From: Escherichia virus TH22
Reading direction: 5' to 3' (one strand)
Sequence record: MT446396.1
DNA: 64,000 nucleotides
The notes beneath the pieces were generated by a model. It did not search any database. It saw only the letters and a program-made list of their open reading frames with translations, and had not been told where the DNA came from. Shown here piece by piece: positions 1 to 8,392 of the stretch (position 1 is the first letter of the stretch; every line of letters starts with the position of its first letter). The position numbers and the translations under genes were made by a program.

Positions 1-10
1 AATCTTAAAT

Positions 11-26
11 GGGGGCGAAAGCCCCC
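11..26 (+). other. GC-rich stem-loop GGGGGC-GAAA-GCCCCC (GNRA tetraloop) just upstream of the first ORF; no U-run
   Basis: Perfect 6-bp inverted repeat with GAAA loop read directly; followed by GAGGA Shine-Dalgarno and ATG at 41. Confidence 0.4.
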
Positions 27-40
27 TTGAGGAAAATACT

Positions 41-331
41 ATGTTTATGACTACTTACTTTGATACACGTAAAAATTTCTGTGAAGTTGTTTTCTCTAAA
101 AAAGGCCCTAATGTTCCTGCTGGGTGTGAACCAACACGTGATTCCATTAAGAACTATGTTGATGTAGTTTGCCCACTAGAATTCCGGACTGTTAATGGAC
201 GCGATACTCTGGCAATCACTAAGCTTAGTCGTGACATTAATATTGACCCAACCGTGGCGCGCGAAATTAATTCATCTGATATTAATGGCGGTAATGTTAA
301 ATCACACGGTTTCCAGATGAGGTTCCAATGA
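41..331 (+). CDS. hypothetical early protein (96 aa)
   Basis: ATG-initiated ORF with upstream GAGGA; stop overlaps the next start (ATGA); no recognisable motif. Confidence 0.4.
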   Translation: MFMTTYFDTRKNFCEVVFSKKGPNVPAGCEPTRDSIKNYVDVVCPLEFRTVNGRDTLAITKLSRDINIDPTVAREINSSDINGGNVKSHGFQMRFQ

Positions 332-522
332 AATTATTCTTATCACAAACTGTTCAGTTAAAAGGTGTGGGTATTCCTGGAATGATTTCAAAGGTCCTGC
401 CTACGTTTAAATTAGGCAATACCCAAATTAAAGAAGCATATGCAGTCTTGTGGGTTGATGGAACTGAAGACGTTCGCATGGGTGGTGAGTTGTCTGTAAT
501 CAAATGCTTAAAGCGAGGATAA
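328..522 (+). CDS. hypothetical early protein (64 aa)
   Basis: ORF coupled by ATGA overlap to the upstream ORF; same strand as the ligase operon. Confidence 0.35.
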   Translation: MKLFLSQTVQLKGVGIPGMISKVLPTFKLGNTQIKEAYAVLWVDGTEDVRMGGELSVIKCLKRG

Positions 523-523
523 T

Positions 524-736
524 ATGTTTAAGAAACTGATTCAGAAAATTTTGGGAACGGAAATGGTTGAAGTTACTTATCGCGTGACTGACGTAAGTCC
601 ATGGGCCCGAAATATTGAACCATATACTAAAACAATTAAAATGCTGAAATCTGACGGTGGATTATCTATTAAAGACCGTTTACCTGGTTATGGTCATTGG
701 GCTGATGTAGAGATTATCAGTGTCAAAAATGTCTGA
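524..736 (+). CDS. hypothetical early protein (70 aa)
   Basis: Tightly packed ORF in the early operon upstream of the ligase. Confidence 0.35.
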   Translation: MFKKLIQKILGTEMVEVTYRVTDVSPWARNIEPYTKTIKMLKSDGGLSIKDRLPGYGHWADVEIISVKNV

Positions 737-1187
737 GTTAGAAATCAGAAGCAATTTCCCATGGCCATCATGTGCATTAAGTAACTTTGCTAAATGGCCT
801 TTTGTTATGGAGGGTATCCAGTTTGGAGGTCTTGAAGGCTTCCTACAAGGGTGCAAGGTGAGAAATCATGAACAACAAAAACGTATATTTGGGATGTCCG
901 GATTGGCCGCCCAGCAAAGTGGAAGAGCTTATGCAAGAGCTGCGGACCGTGGGACGCTTTTCTGGCTTGGAATTCCCTTTTCAAGATACTCTGCAGCATG
1001 GAAAGAGCTGTATACAAATGCATATTTTGAAGCAGCGCTCCAGAACCAAGGATTCCGCAATGCGTTACAATCCACAAAAGGCAAAGTTTTAAAGCATTCG
1101 ATGGCGAGCCACCTTACTGTTCATGATACAATATTGACTGAACAAGAATTTATTGACATACTTAACCAATTGAGAGATGCATTATGA
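729..1187 (+). CDS. NADAR-domain (YbiA/DUF1768-like) protein, putative ADP-ribose N-glycosidase/hydrolase
   Basis: Motif LSNFAKWPFVMEGIQFGGLEGFLQGCKV resembles the YbiA signature FSNFAAWP...SEHYFQAQKF as recalled; internal ATG at 729 chosen over the GTG at 720 in the ORF track. Confidence 0.5.
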   Translation: MSELEIRSNFPWPSCALSNFAKWPFVMEGIQFGGLEGFLQGCKVRNHEQQKRIFGMSGLAAQQSGRAYARAADRGTLFWLGIPFSRYSAAWKELYTNAYFEAALQNQGFRNALQSTKGKVLKHSMASHLTVHDTILTEQEFIDILNQLRDAL

Positions 1188-2008
1188 AACCCGTTATTTT
1201 AACAGATATTGATGGCGTATGTTTGTCATGGCAGTCTGGCTTGCCTTATTTCGCTCAAAAATATAATTTACCCCTGGAACACATCCTTAAGATGATTCAG
1301 GATGAAAAATTTGTGACCCCTGGTAAACTTTTCAATTGTGATGAAGAGTTAGGCGCGCAGTTAATTGAAAAATATAACTGTTCAGACTTTATTCGCTATT
1401 TGTCTCCTTATGCGGATGCATTAAGGGTTATCAATAACCTCAAAGAGCAATATGATTTTGTGGCTGTTACAGCCCTGGGTGATTCTATTGATGCTCGCCT
1501 GAATCGTCAATTCAACCTGAATGCTTTGTTCCCTGGGGCATTTAAAGAAGTGATGATGTGCGGCCATACAGCTTCTAAAGAAGATTTGTTTCAGAAAGCG
1601 AAGACCAAATATAATGTCGTTTGTTATATTGATGACCTTGCCCACCATTGCGACCATGCGAGTGAAATTCTCGAGGTTCCGGTTTATTGGATGGCACGCG
1701 GCGAACGTGATGCTATTCCTAAAACAGCTTCCAAAGTTTTTAATTGGGACGATGTTGCTGGACAGCTTAAACTGAAACACAAAGATGAACCGGTCAAACC
1801 AGAATTCACTCCAGATGAACTCCGTAAACTGGAAGAGCTGTTTCGTGAAACTCGACGCCTTCAACAACAAATGCAGCAAGGCTGGCAGCCTGGTCAACCG
1901 TGGACTCCTGGGTATAATCCAGCATATCCATATCAATATGGTCAGCGTGTAGGTACTGGTATTGAATACTGGTACAATCAACCGACCGGTGGCCAAGGGG
2001 GTAATTGA
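1184..2008 (+). CDS. HAD-superfamily phosphatase, 5'(3')-deoxyribonucleotidase-like, with Q/P/Y/G-rich low-complexity C-terminal tail
   Basis: N-terminal LTDIDGV (HAD motif I DxDG) and later IDDL; C-terminal 50 aa is QQQMQQGWQPGQPWTPGYNPAYPYQYG...GGQGGN; ATGA overlap with upstream ORF. Confidence 0.5.
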   Translation: MKPVILTDIDGVCLSWQSGLPYFAQKYNLPLEHILKMIQDEKFVTPGKLFNCDEELGAQLIEKYNCSDFIRYLSPYADALRVINNLKEQYDFVAVTALGDSIDARLNRQFNLNALFPGAFKEVMMCGHTASKEDLFQKAKTKYNVVCYIDDLAHHCDHASEILEVPVYWMARGERDAIPKTASKVFNWDDVAGQLKLKHKDEPVKPEFTPDELRKLEELFRETRRLQQQMQQGWQPGQPWTPGYNPAYPYQYGQRVGTGIEYWYNQPTGGQGGN

Positions 2009-2286
2009 TGTTTGTCGTTCATACTATTTCTGACCGTGGTCCAACTACCACGATGGATTACGGTCATGTTAACCAGTTTATTCGTCATGTGAATTATAAT
2101 TACTCGTTTGATATTAATCCGGCTAAAGATAACCCCGTTTGGCGTGAATGCGTTGAGCAAGGATTTATCTATGTTCACTTCATGACCAAAATGAAACCAG
2201 ATGGGGCAACTAAATTTGTGTTCACTTATCATAAGCGGCTGGATTTGCTTTTGGAAGACGTGGCATATAATAGAGTCAACGACTAA
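2008..2286 (+). CDS. hypothetical early protein (92 aa)
   Basis: ORF starting at the ATG that overlaps the upstream TGA; GAGG Shine-Dalgarno of the ligase follows its stop. Confidence 0.4.
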   Translation: MFVVHTISDRGPTTTMDYGHVNQFIRHVNYNYSFDINPAKDNPVWRECVEQGFIYVHFMTKMKPDGATKFVFTYHKRLDLLLEDVAYNRVND

Positions 2287-2296
2287 GAGGTGATTA

Positions 2297-3829
2297 ATGA
2301 TTTTAGATATTTTAAATGAAATTGCTGCAACTGATTCTACGAAAGAGAAACAAGCTATCTTGGAATCGTATTCTGATAATGAAACCCTTAAACGTGTGTA
2401 TCGTTTGACATATTCCAAAGGCATCCAGTTCTATATCAAGAAATGGCCAAACGCTGGGTTAACTACCCAAAGCTTTGGCATGCTGAATATCGATGATATG
2501 CTTGACTTTATCGAATTCACATTAGCCGCGCGCAAATTAACAGGTAATGCTGCAATCGAGGAATTATCTGGCTATATTGCAGATGGTAAAAAAGATGATG
2601 TTGAAGTCTTGCGCCGCGTGATGATGCGTGACCTGGAATGTGGTGTGTCTGTATCAATTGCGAATAAGGTTTGGAAAGGTTTAATTCCTGAACAACCACA
2701 GATGCTCGCTTCTTCTTATGATGAAGCCGGTATTGCTAAGAACATTAAGTTCCCGGCATTTGCACAATTGAAAGCCGATGGTGCTCGGTGTTTTGCAGAA
2801 GTTCGTGGCGATGAGTTGGATGATGTTCGATTGCTATCCCGAGCTGGTAACGAATACCTTAAGCTTGACCTCCTTAAAAAGGAATTGATTGAAGCTACCC
2901 GTGAAGCGCGCGAGAGACATCCTGAGGGCGTTTTAATTGATGGCGAGTTAGTATACCATGAGCAGAAAGTAGCTCCCCAGAATGACGGTTTGGGCTTCCT
3001 TTTTGACGATTCAGATGAGATTGCTCCTGCAAAAGAATTTGCAGAATCAAGAACCTTTTCAAATGGCATGGCAAACAAATCATTAAAAGGAACTATTTCT
3101 GCGGCAGAAGCTTCTTGTATGAAATTCCAGGTTTGGGATTATGTTCCACTGATTGAAGTCTATTCTGATGTTAAGATTCTCAATCCACTGAAATATGATG
3201 TGCGTTTTGCTGTTCTGGAAAAGATGATTGCAGATAATGTGGTATTGCATGGTTTTGACCGCATGATTCTGATTGAAAACCATGTTGTTAACAATCTCGA
3301 TGAAGCGAAAGTTATCTATAAGAAATATGTAGATGAAGGTCTTGAAGGTATTATCCTTAAGAACATGGCATCGATTTGGGAAAACAAGCGCTCAAAGAAC
3401 CTGTATAAGTTCAAAGAAGTAATTGACATTGCAATGGAAATCATTGGATATTACGAGCACGATAAAGACCCGAATAAGATTGGCGGTGTGGTGCTTCGTT
3501 CTTCTTGTGGTAAGATTACAAATAACTGTGGTTCTGGTTTTAAAGACACAACTCAAGTCAAAGATAAGAAAACCAAAAAATGGGTTACTATTCCGATTGA
3601 GGAGCGTCATGAAATGGACCGTGAAGCCTTGATGGTTAAAGCACGTAAAGGTGAATTGGTTGGAATGATTGCCGACTGTGAATGCAATGGTTGGTTGACT
3701 TCCGAGACTCGTAAAGATAATACGGTTGCATTGTTCCTGCCGATTATTAAAGGGTTCCGTTTCGATAAAGACCATGCAGACACATTCGAAGATGTATTTG
3801 GCGACTGGTCAAAGACCGGGTTAAAATAA
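2297..3829 (+). CDS. 30: ATP-dependent DNA ligase
   Basis: 510 aa; N-terminus MILDILNEIAATDSTKEKQAILE and long colinear stretches (e.g. FAQLKADGARCFAEVRGDELDDVRLLSRAGNEY) match T4 gp30 as recalled. Confidence 0.95.
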   Translation: MILDILNEIAATDSTKEKQAILESYSDNETLKRVYRLTYSKGIQFYIKKWPNAGLTTQSFGMLNIDDMLDFIEFTLAARKLTGNAAIEELSGYIADGKKDDVEVLRRVMMRDLECGVSVSIANKVWKGLIPEQPQMLASSYDEAGIAKNIKFPAFAQLKADGARCFAEVRGDELDDVRLLSRAGNEYLKLDLLKKELIEATREARERHPEGVLIDGELVYHEQKVAPQNDGLGFLFDDSDEIAPAKEFAESRTFSNGMANKSLKGTISAAEASCMKFQVWDYVPLIEVYSDVKILNPLKYDVRFAVLEKMIADNVVLHGFDRMILIENHVVNNLDEAKVIYKKYVDEGLEGIILKNMASIWENKRSKNLYKFKEVIDIAMEIIGYYEHDKDPNKIGGVVLRSSCGKITNNCGSGFKDTTQVKDKKTKKWVTIPIEERHEMDREALMVKARKGELVGMIADCECNGWLTSETRKDNTVALFLPIIKGFRFDKDHADTFEDVFGDWSKTGLK

Positions 3830-3834
3830 CAAAA

Positions 3835-3852
3835 GGGCTTCGGCCCTTTTTT
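3835..3852 (+). terminator. rho-independent terminator GGGCC-UUCG-GGCCC + U6 after the ligase
   Basis: Hairpin plus T6 run read directly. Confidence 0.8.
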
Positions 3853-3854
3853 AG

Positions 3855-3862
3855 TATAAATA
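3855..3862 (+). promoter_or_regulatory. T4-type late promoter TATAAATA upstream of alt
   Basis: Exact TATAAATA about 25 nt upstream of the alt ATG. Confidence 0.6.
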
Positions 3863-3887
3863 CATCATATTTTATAAGGAACCTATT

Positions 3888-5948
3888 ATGTCTGAACAAT
3901 TAAATGAACTCTTTGACAAATATATCGAAGCCTTCGGTTATCCTGTCATTAATATGAATCCAAAATACAAGGTCCCACAGGTTTGGCAATTTGGTGTTCC
4001 TGGGACCAATTCTCTTATGGCTCGTTTGATGCAATTCACGGGCAAAGAAACAGTTAAACAATATAAACGCGGCGATGCAATTGCCGAGGTATTCCTGTTA
4101 TCCGGAACTTCACACGGTCATGCTGTTCCTCTGAAGGGTGGTTTAGGTGAAAAACCTCTTGATGCAATTAACTTGATTTTTACTACAGTCTGGGAAAGCA
4201 TTAAACTAGGCAAACCTGATGTAGTCTTGTTCCGTTTCCCATCCAAAAAGATGAAAGGACAAGACCAAGCTATTATTCGTATTATGAATCGACTGATTCA
4301 AATGAAAACCAGCGGACGTTATCATGTTCTTCCGAATGCTTCTGGCCTTGGTAAAAAGAACGCTTATGTAATTATGTACAAAAGGGGTGTTGACCTGCTT
4401 TCAGTCGATGGTATGCCACCAGTCCCTGAGAAATATAAAAAAGTCGAAACTAAAGTTGGTGATGTATTCACCAATAAAGATAATGGTGCACAAGTATCCA
4501 AACAAGAAATTGCAGCCGAGATTCTGATTGACGCAGCAAACAAAAAGACCGATGCTGCTGTTGCCCAGAAAACTAAAATCAGTCGCCGAGCTATTGCACA
4601 AGCCCAGTACGCTCCAAGTGATTCCGTGCCAGAAGGTTGGGACGAAATCGATGCAGAAGCTGCTAAGTTTAGTCGACCGGCTACGGCAGAACTTATCGAT
4701 GATTATGAAGAACTGGAAATTTTTGTTCGACCTTCCGAAACGAATACTATGGCTCGTATGCGCGCAGCAGATACGGCTATGCGAGCAAATGGTGTTTGGA
4801 AAGAAGAAATTCGTGTTGAAGACTCTGACCCAATTTTTAACCGTATGCATCGCGAACTTAAACGTGCTCCAGTTGGTAGTATGAAGCAGATGCAGATTTT
4901 TGCCGAATCATGCGCAGAGATTCTTAACCTTCGCAAAGCCGCATTTATCGAAAGAAAAATGAATGATGCTCCTCCTAATGTGGATGCAGCCACTTATGCA
5001 GCCTCGCTCTGGGAAAAAGAATACACAAGCGCCATTCGTGTTGCAGTTAAAGACTTTGCTGAAGAAGCATCAGAAAATACTCTTAATTTCACAGCAGGGT
5101 ATACTGACAACCGTTTCCATTATGGTCAGCGAGAAGCAATTGCAGATTATTGTGGAGCAAACTATGCCGATATTAATAATTATTTGATGGGCAAATATTA
5201 TGAAGAAGAAGCTGAATTCCTAAATCTAGACAGAGTTGTCGAAACAATTAAGGAATTGGATTCGGCCTTTGAAATTGGACATAAGTTGCCACCTAATACA
5301 ACTCTTTGGCGTGGTCAATATTTAAACGTTCCTACATTTGATAAAATTAAGAAATCTAAATTATTTTATTTCAGGAACTATGTATCAACGTCGTTTAAAC
5401 CGATTATCTTTGGTGGCTGGGTGGCGAACGTTGCTATGGCTGCAGTTCATCAGGACTATCGTGATGGGACATCTTTCCAGGCTGATGACGAAATTGTTTT
5501 ACCAGATATGCCGGAAGCACGCCGCGACCACGTAATGATGCATGTTGGTTGGAAAATTTCTGGGGCGGACTTAATTAACGTAATTGTTCCTGGGGAATTG
5601 TCAGGCAACCCATCCGAGCAGGAAGTTATTCTTCCTCGTGGGACTGTAGTTAAGATTACCAAAATTACTGATGCTTCGTATCAAGGAAACGCGAACGTCA
5701 AAATGCTGGAAGCTGATATCCAGACTACGGACCAACTGGATGAAAATGCAGTTATCTATGATGGTGATGTGTTGATGGAAACTGGTGAGCTTGTCGTTTA
5801 TCAGGGCGAGGAAACAGAAGAGCCAGTAGAATCTGTTGACTTTGCATCGTTTGCATCCTCTGGGGTAACGAAGAAAGTCAATCAAGGTCTTGGTATTCTT
5901 GCTAGTTGTATTAATTTGGAAGCTATTCCTCCTAAATTCCTTTCGTAA
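3888..5948 (+). CDS. alt: Alt-like ADP-ribosyltransferase (capsid-packaged, injected)
   Basis: 686 aa (T4 Alt about 682 aa); position between ligase and gene 54 as in T4; C-terminal R-S-E motifs (LWRGQ, YVSTSF, EQEVILPRG). Confidence 0.85.
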   Translation: MSEQLNELFDKYIEAFGYPVINMNPKYKVPQVWQFGVPGTNSLMARLMQFTGKETVKQYKRGDAIAEVFLLSGTSHGHAVPLKGGLGEKPLDAINLIFTTVWESIKLGKPDVVLFRFPSKKMKGQDQAIIRIMNRLIQMKTSGRYHVLPNASGLGKKNAYVIMYKRGVDLLSVDGMPPVPEKYKKVETKVGDVFTNKDNGAQVSKQEIAAEILIDAANKKTDAAVAQKTKISRRAIAQAQYAPSDSVPEGWDEIDAEAAKFSRPATAELIDDYEELEIFVRPSETNTMARMRAADTAMRANGVWKEEIRVEDSDPIFNRMHRELKRAPVGSMKQMQIFAESCAEILNLRKAAFIERKMNDAPPNVDAATYAASLWEKEYTSAIRVAVKDFAEEASENTLNFTAGYTDNRFHYGQREAIADYCGANYADINNYLMGKYYEEEAEFLNLDRVVETIKELDSAFEIGHKLPPNTTLWRGQYLNVPTFDKIKKSKLFYFRNYVSTSFKPIIFGGWVANVAMAAVHQDYRDGTSFQADDEIVLPDMPEARRDHVMMHVGWKISGADLINVIVPGELSGNPSEQEVILPRGTVVKITKITDASYQGNANVKMLEADIQTTDQLDENAVIYDGDVLMETGELVVYQGEETEEPVESVDFASFASSGVTKKVNQGLGILASCINLEAIPPKFLS

Positions 5949-5951
5949 GGG

Positions 5952-5981
5952 GTTTACAAGCACAAGGAAGTGCGATACAAT
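5952..5981 (+). promoter_or_regulatory. early promoter (GTTTAC-18 nt-TACAAT)
   Basis: -35 GTTTAC and -10 TACAAT with 18-nt spacer, then GAGGA and ATG at 6013. Confidence 0.55.
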
Positions 5982-6012
5982 GTTCATATCAATTGTACAT
6001 GAGGAAAACAAA

Positions 6013-6303
6013 ATGAAATCATCTTTTCGCTTTAACGGTCAGGAACTGGTAGTTGAGAATGTTATCCCGGCTTCAGAAGAGTTTGACAGCGCAGTGGGTA
6101 ATGAATTACGCCGTGTATTTGGTGAAGATAAGAAGTTTGACCTTCGCCCTGTTGAGAACTTTGTAAATTCTGAACAAACAGAAAATATTTTTAATGGTGT
6201 AGTAACTGGTCAGCTTGAATCTGAAGCGCCAATTGCAATTACAGTCTTTGCTAAGAAAGAAGCTGTAATGACTGCAGCAGGTTTCATTTCATTCCGCAAA
6301 TAA
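6013..6303 (+). CDS. hypothetical early protein (96 aa) between alt and gene 54
   Basis: ATG with GAGGA Shine-Dalgarno and own promoter; the ORF-track start at 5890 would overlap alt and lacks an RBS. Confidence 0.45.
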   Translation: MKSSFRFNGQELVVENVIPASEEFDSAVGNELRRVFGEDKKFDLRPVENFVNSEQTENIFNGVVTGQLESEAPIAITVFAKKEAVMTAAGFISFRK

Positions 6304-6332
6304 AAAAGGGACCTTCGGGTCCCTTTCTTTTT
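6302..6332. terminator. bidirectional terminator AAAAAA-GGGACC-UUCG-GGUCCC-UUUCUUUUU
   Basis: Hairpin flanked by A-run and T-run; sits between convergent genes. Confidence 0.8.
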
Positions 6333-7290
6333 ATAATATACGTTGACTTCCACCAGAGACTGTTCTCCCAGAACCAGTGAACGTATTGTATAGACTTGTT
6401 AATCCAGATTGGGCACCAGACAAGCGGCTCAATTTGGCAACTTCTGCGTTCAAGTTGTTATCTGAACTAATACCAGATACACCCTTAATAACCTTATCTT
6501 CTAACCATTCCAATGCAGCAGCTCTTCCCACCGCACCAGTTGACATAACGCGATAAGCAAAAGTCACATCAAATGTAGCTATCTGATTATCCCCTTCATA
6601 ACTCAATTCAGGCGCTGATACACTTACAGGAACACAACCAGTTAACATAACAACCGTATGCGGCAATCCATTACGTGAGTGAAGGTTAACCTGAATATCA
6701 GCTTCAACGTCTTCAGGCAAGGCCCTTAGCTGGGTAACCGGGTCTTGCACAGAGTTAACCCAATCGTTAAATGCTCTGTAGTTCCCTGCCTCTGAATCCA
6801 TTCTAAAGCTCAATACCAATGGAGAATATTCTCTTCCTGTTATCTTAATATTTGGTGCGTTATGGTTGAGGTCCATTTCGTAGTTCAACGTGTTATCCGG
6901 AAGCTTAACAGAGTGGACCAATAGACCAGCCGTTGGATATGCCATATTAAAGAAATCAAGCAGGTAAGTACCAACCTCAAATTCCCCCAATAATGATTGC
7001 ACAACACGGTTACTCATTGCCCCGATAAGATATTTGCTTATCCCTGATTTGCGAATAAGCTTTTGTGTCCCAGCAGTAACAAGAGTTGTTATCCCTTGAG
7101 TTAAGTCGCCTTGCGTTAAACCAAACCAATCTGAGTTAACAGGAAGGTTGCTGAATAATGCGCCACCAAACTGGTCCAGAAGATTCTGAGATTTGGAGGA
7201 AGGCGTGGTCGCGAAGACCACACTAAAAAGGTTATTCCTTTGTAAGTCGATATTAATCGCCTGCGTTTGGAATTCTTGTAAAGTAAACAT
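6331..7290 (-). CDS. 54: baseplate tail-tube initiator
   Basis: 319 aa (T4 gp54 about 320 aa); position and order 54-48-29 as in T4. Confidence 0.8.
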   Translation of the reverse strand: MFTLQEFQTQAINIDLQRNNLFSVVFATTPSSKSQNLLDQFGGALFSNLPVNSDWFGLTQGDLTQGITTLVTAGTQKLIRKSGISKYLIGAMSNRVVQSLLGEFEVGTYLLDFFNMAYPTAGLLVHSVKLPDNTLNYEMDLNHNAPNIKITGREYSPLVLSFRMDSEAGNYRAFNDWVNSVQDPVTQLRALPEDVEADIQVNLHSRNGLPHTVVMLTGCVPVSVSAPELSYEGDNQIATFDVTFAYRVMSTGAVGRAAALEWLEDKVIKGVSGISSDNNLNAEVAKLSRLSGAQSGLTSLYNTFTGSGRTVSGGSQRIL

Positions 7291-8384
7291 TAGAAACCCT
7301 CCGCATATAACGAGCCACGGTTAAGCGTAATGATTTCACGGAAAGTGATTTCAAGTACAAAAGTCGATGGCAGGTTAGGAGCAATAGCTAATCCGCCGAA
7401 ATGACCATCCGGAGATTTATCAAATCTTATGCTCTGAATCTGACATGGCCCAAATAGCTCCCCACGACCATCGTACGAGCTTGTATCACCAAAGTTGCGG
7501 ATATACCAGATAGTAGGGTTAGAGACCACCAGAACGTTCGTTAGGAAGCTTGTTATCTCTTCACCGAGCAACTTGCCGTCAAAGTTATCGATTGCTTCCT
7601 TTTTGAAGGTGGATTTATACCATGTATCGATTTTTTCTTTCAGCTCGGAAGCAAACGAACTTTTACCAGTTTCCCCATATGAGTAATAGTTAAAAATCTC
7701 GTATATCTTCACTATCTGGATTAAGTCCTGGGCCGAACGTGGAGTCATTTCCCATGTGTAAACTTTTGTCCTGTTATCCGGGCCAGCGTACATGCTTCTT
7801 GCCGTTGTGTAAATCTGTTCACCGTGGTCGGCCATTACACCGTTTGTAACTGATTCGAGTGCGCCGAAAACTGCAGTCGATGCGATGTTACTAAGAATAC
7901 CGGTGGCTGAGCCACCCCCTTTCGTAATAAGAGATTCACCAACATCATTGAATCGATGCGACACGGATTCTACATCAGACTTCGAACGAGGCAATAGGAT
8001 ATTTGCAACAGCGTTCGAATCAAAACTTTTACCTGTTGAGCCGGCGCCGGTTAATTTCGATTTAGCAAAAGATGTTAAACTTTTAACCGGGTTAAATGAA
8101 GCACCATTTGAAACGTTCTTTAATGAAGTCAATTGGCTTGACCTATCTGAGCGTAATTCCGGAGATGTTCTTGAACTGAAATTGTATGCCGTGAATAACA
8201 GACCATTTTTATAAAGGTCATTAACTCGCATATCATCTGAAGAATCATTACCGGAAGCTCGTTCTGCTGGATATTGCGCCACAATAGTAGCTTGAGTCGG
8301 GGCAGCTTTTGACTGCCCCGCGGAGGTCTTAGAACCTCCGTTAAACAAACCCGCAATATCAATATCGAGTTCTTTTACTTTCAT
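7290..8384 (-). CDS. 48: baseplate tail-tube cap/junction protein
   Basis: 364 aa, same length as T4 gp48; synteny. Confidence 0.8.
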   Translation of the reverse strand: MKVKELDIDIAGLFNGGSKTSAGQSKAAPTQATIVAQYPAERASGNDSSDDMRVNDLYKNGLLFTAYNFSSRTSPELRSDRSSQLTSLKNVSNGASFNPVKSLTSFAKSKLTGAGSTGKSFDSNAVANILLPRSKSDVESVSHRFNDVGESLITKGGGSATGILSNIASTAVFGALESVTNGVMADHGEQIYTTARSMYAGPDNRTKVYTWEMTPRSAQDLIQIVKIYEIFNYYSYGETGKSSFASELKEKIDTWYKSTFKKEAIDNFDGKLLGEEITSFLTNVLVVSNPTIWYIRNFGDTSSYDGRGELFGPCQIQSIRFDKSPDGHFGGLAIAPNLPSTFVLEITFREIITLNRGSLYAEGF

Positions 8385-8392
8385 ATTATTCC

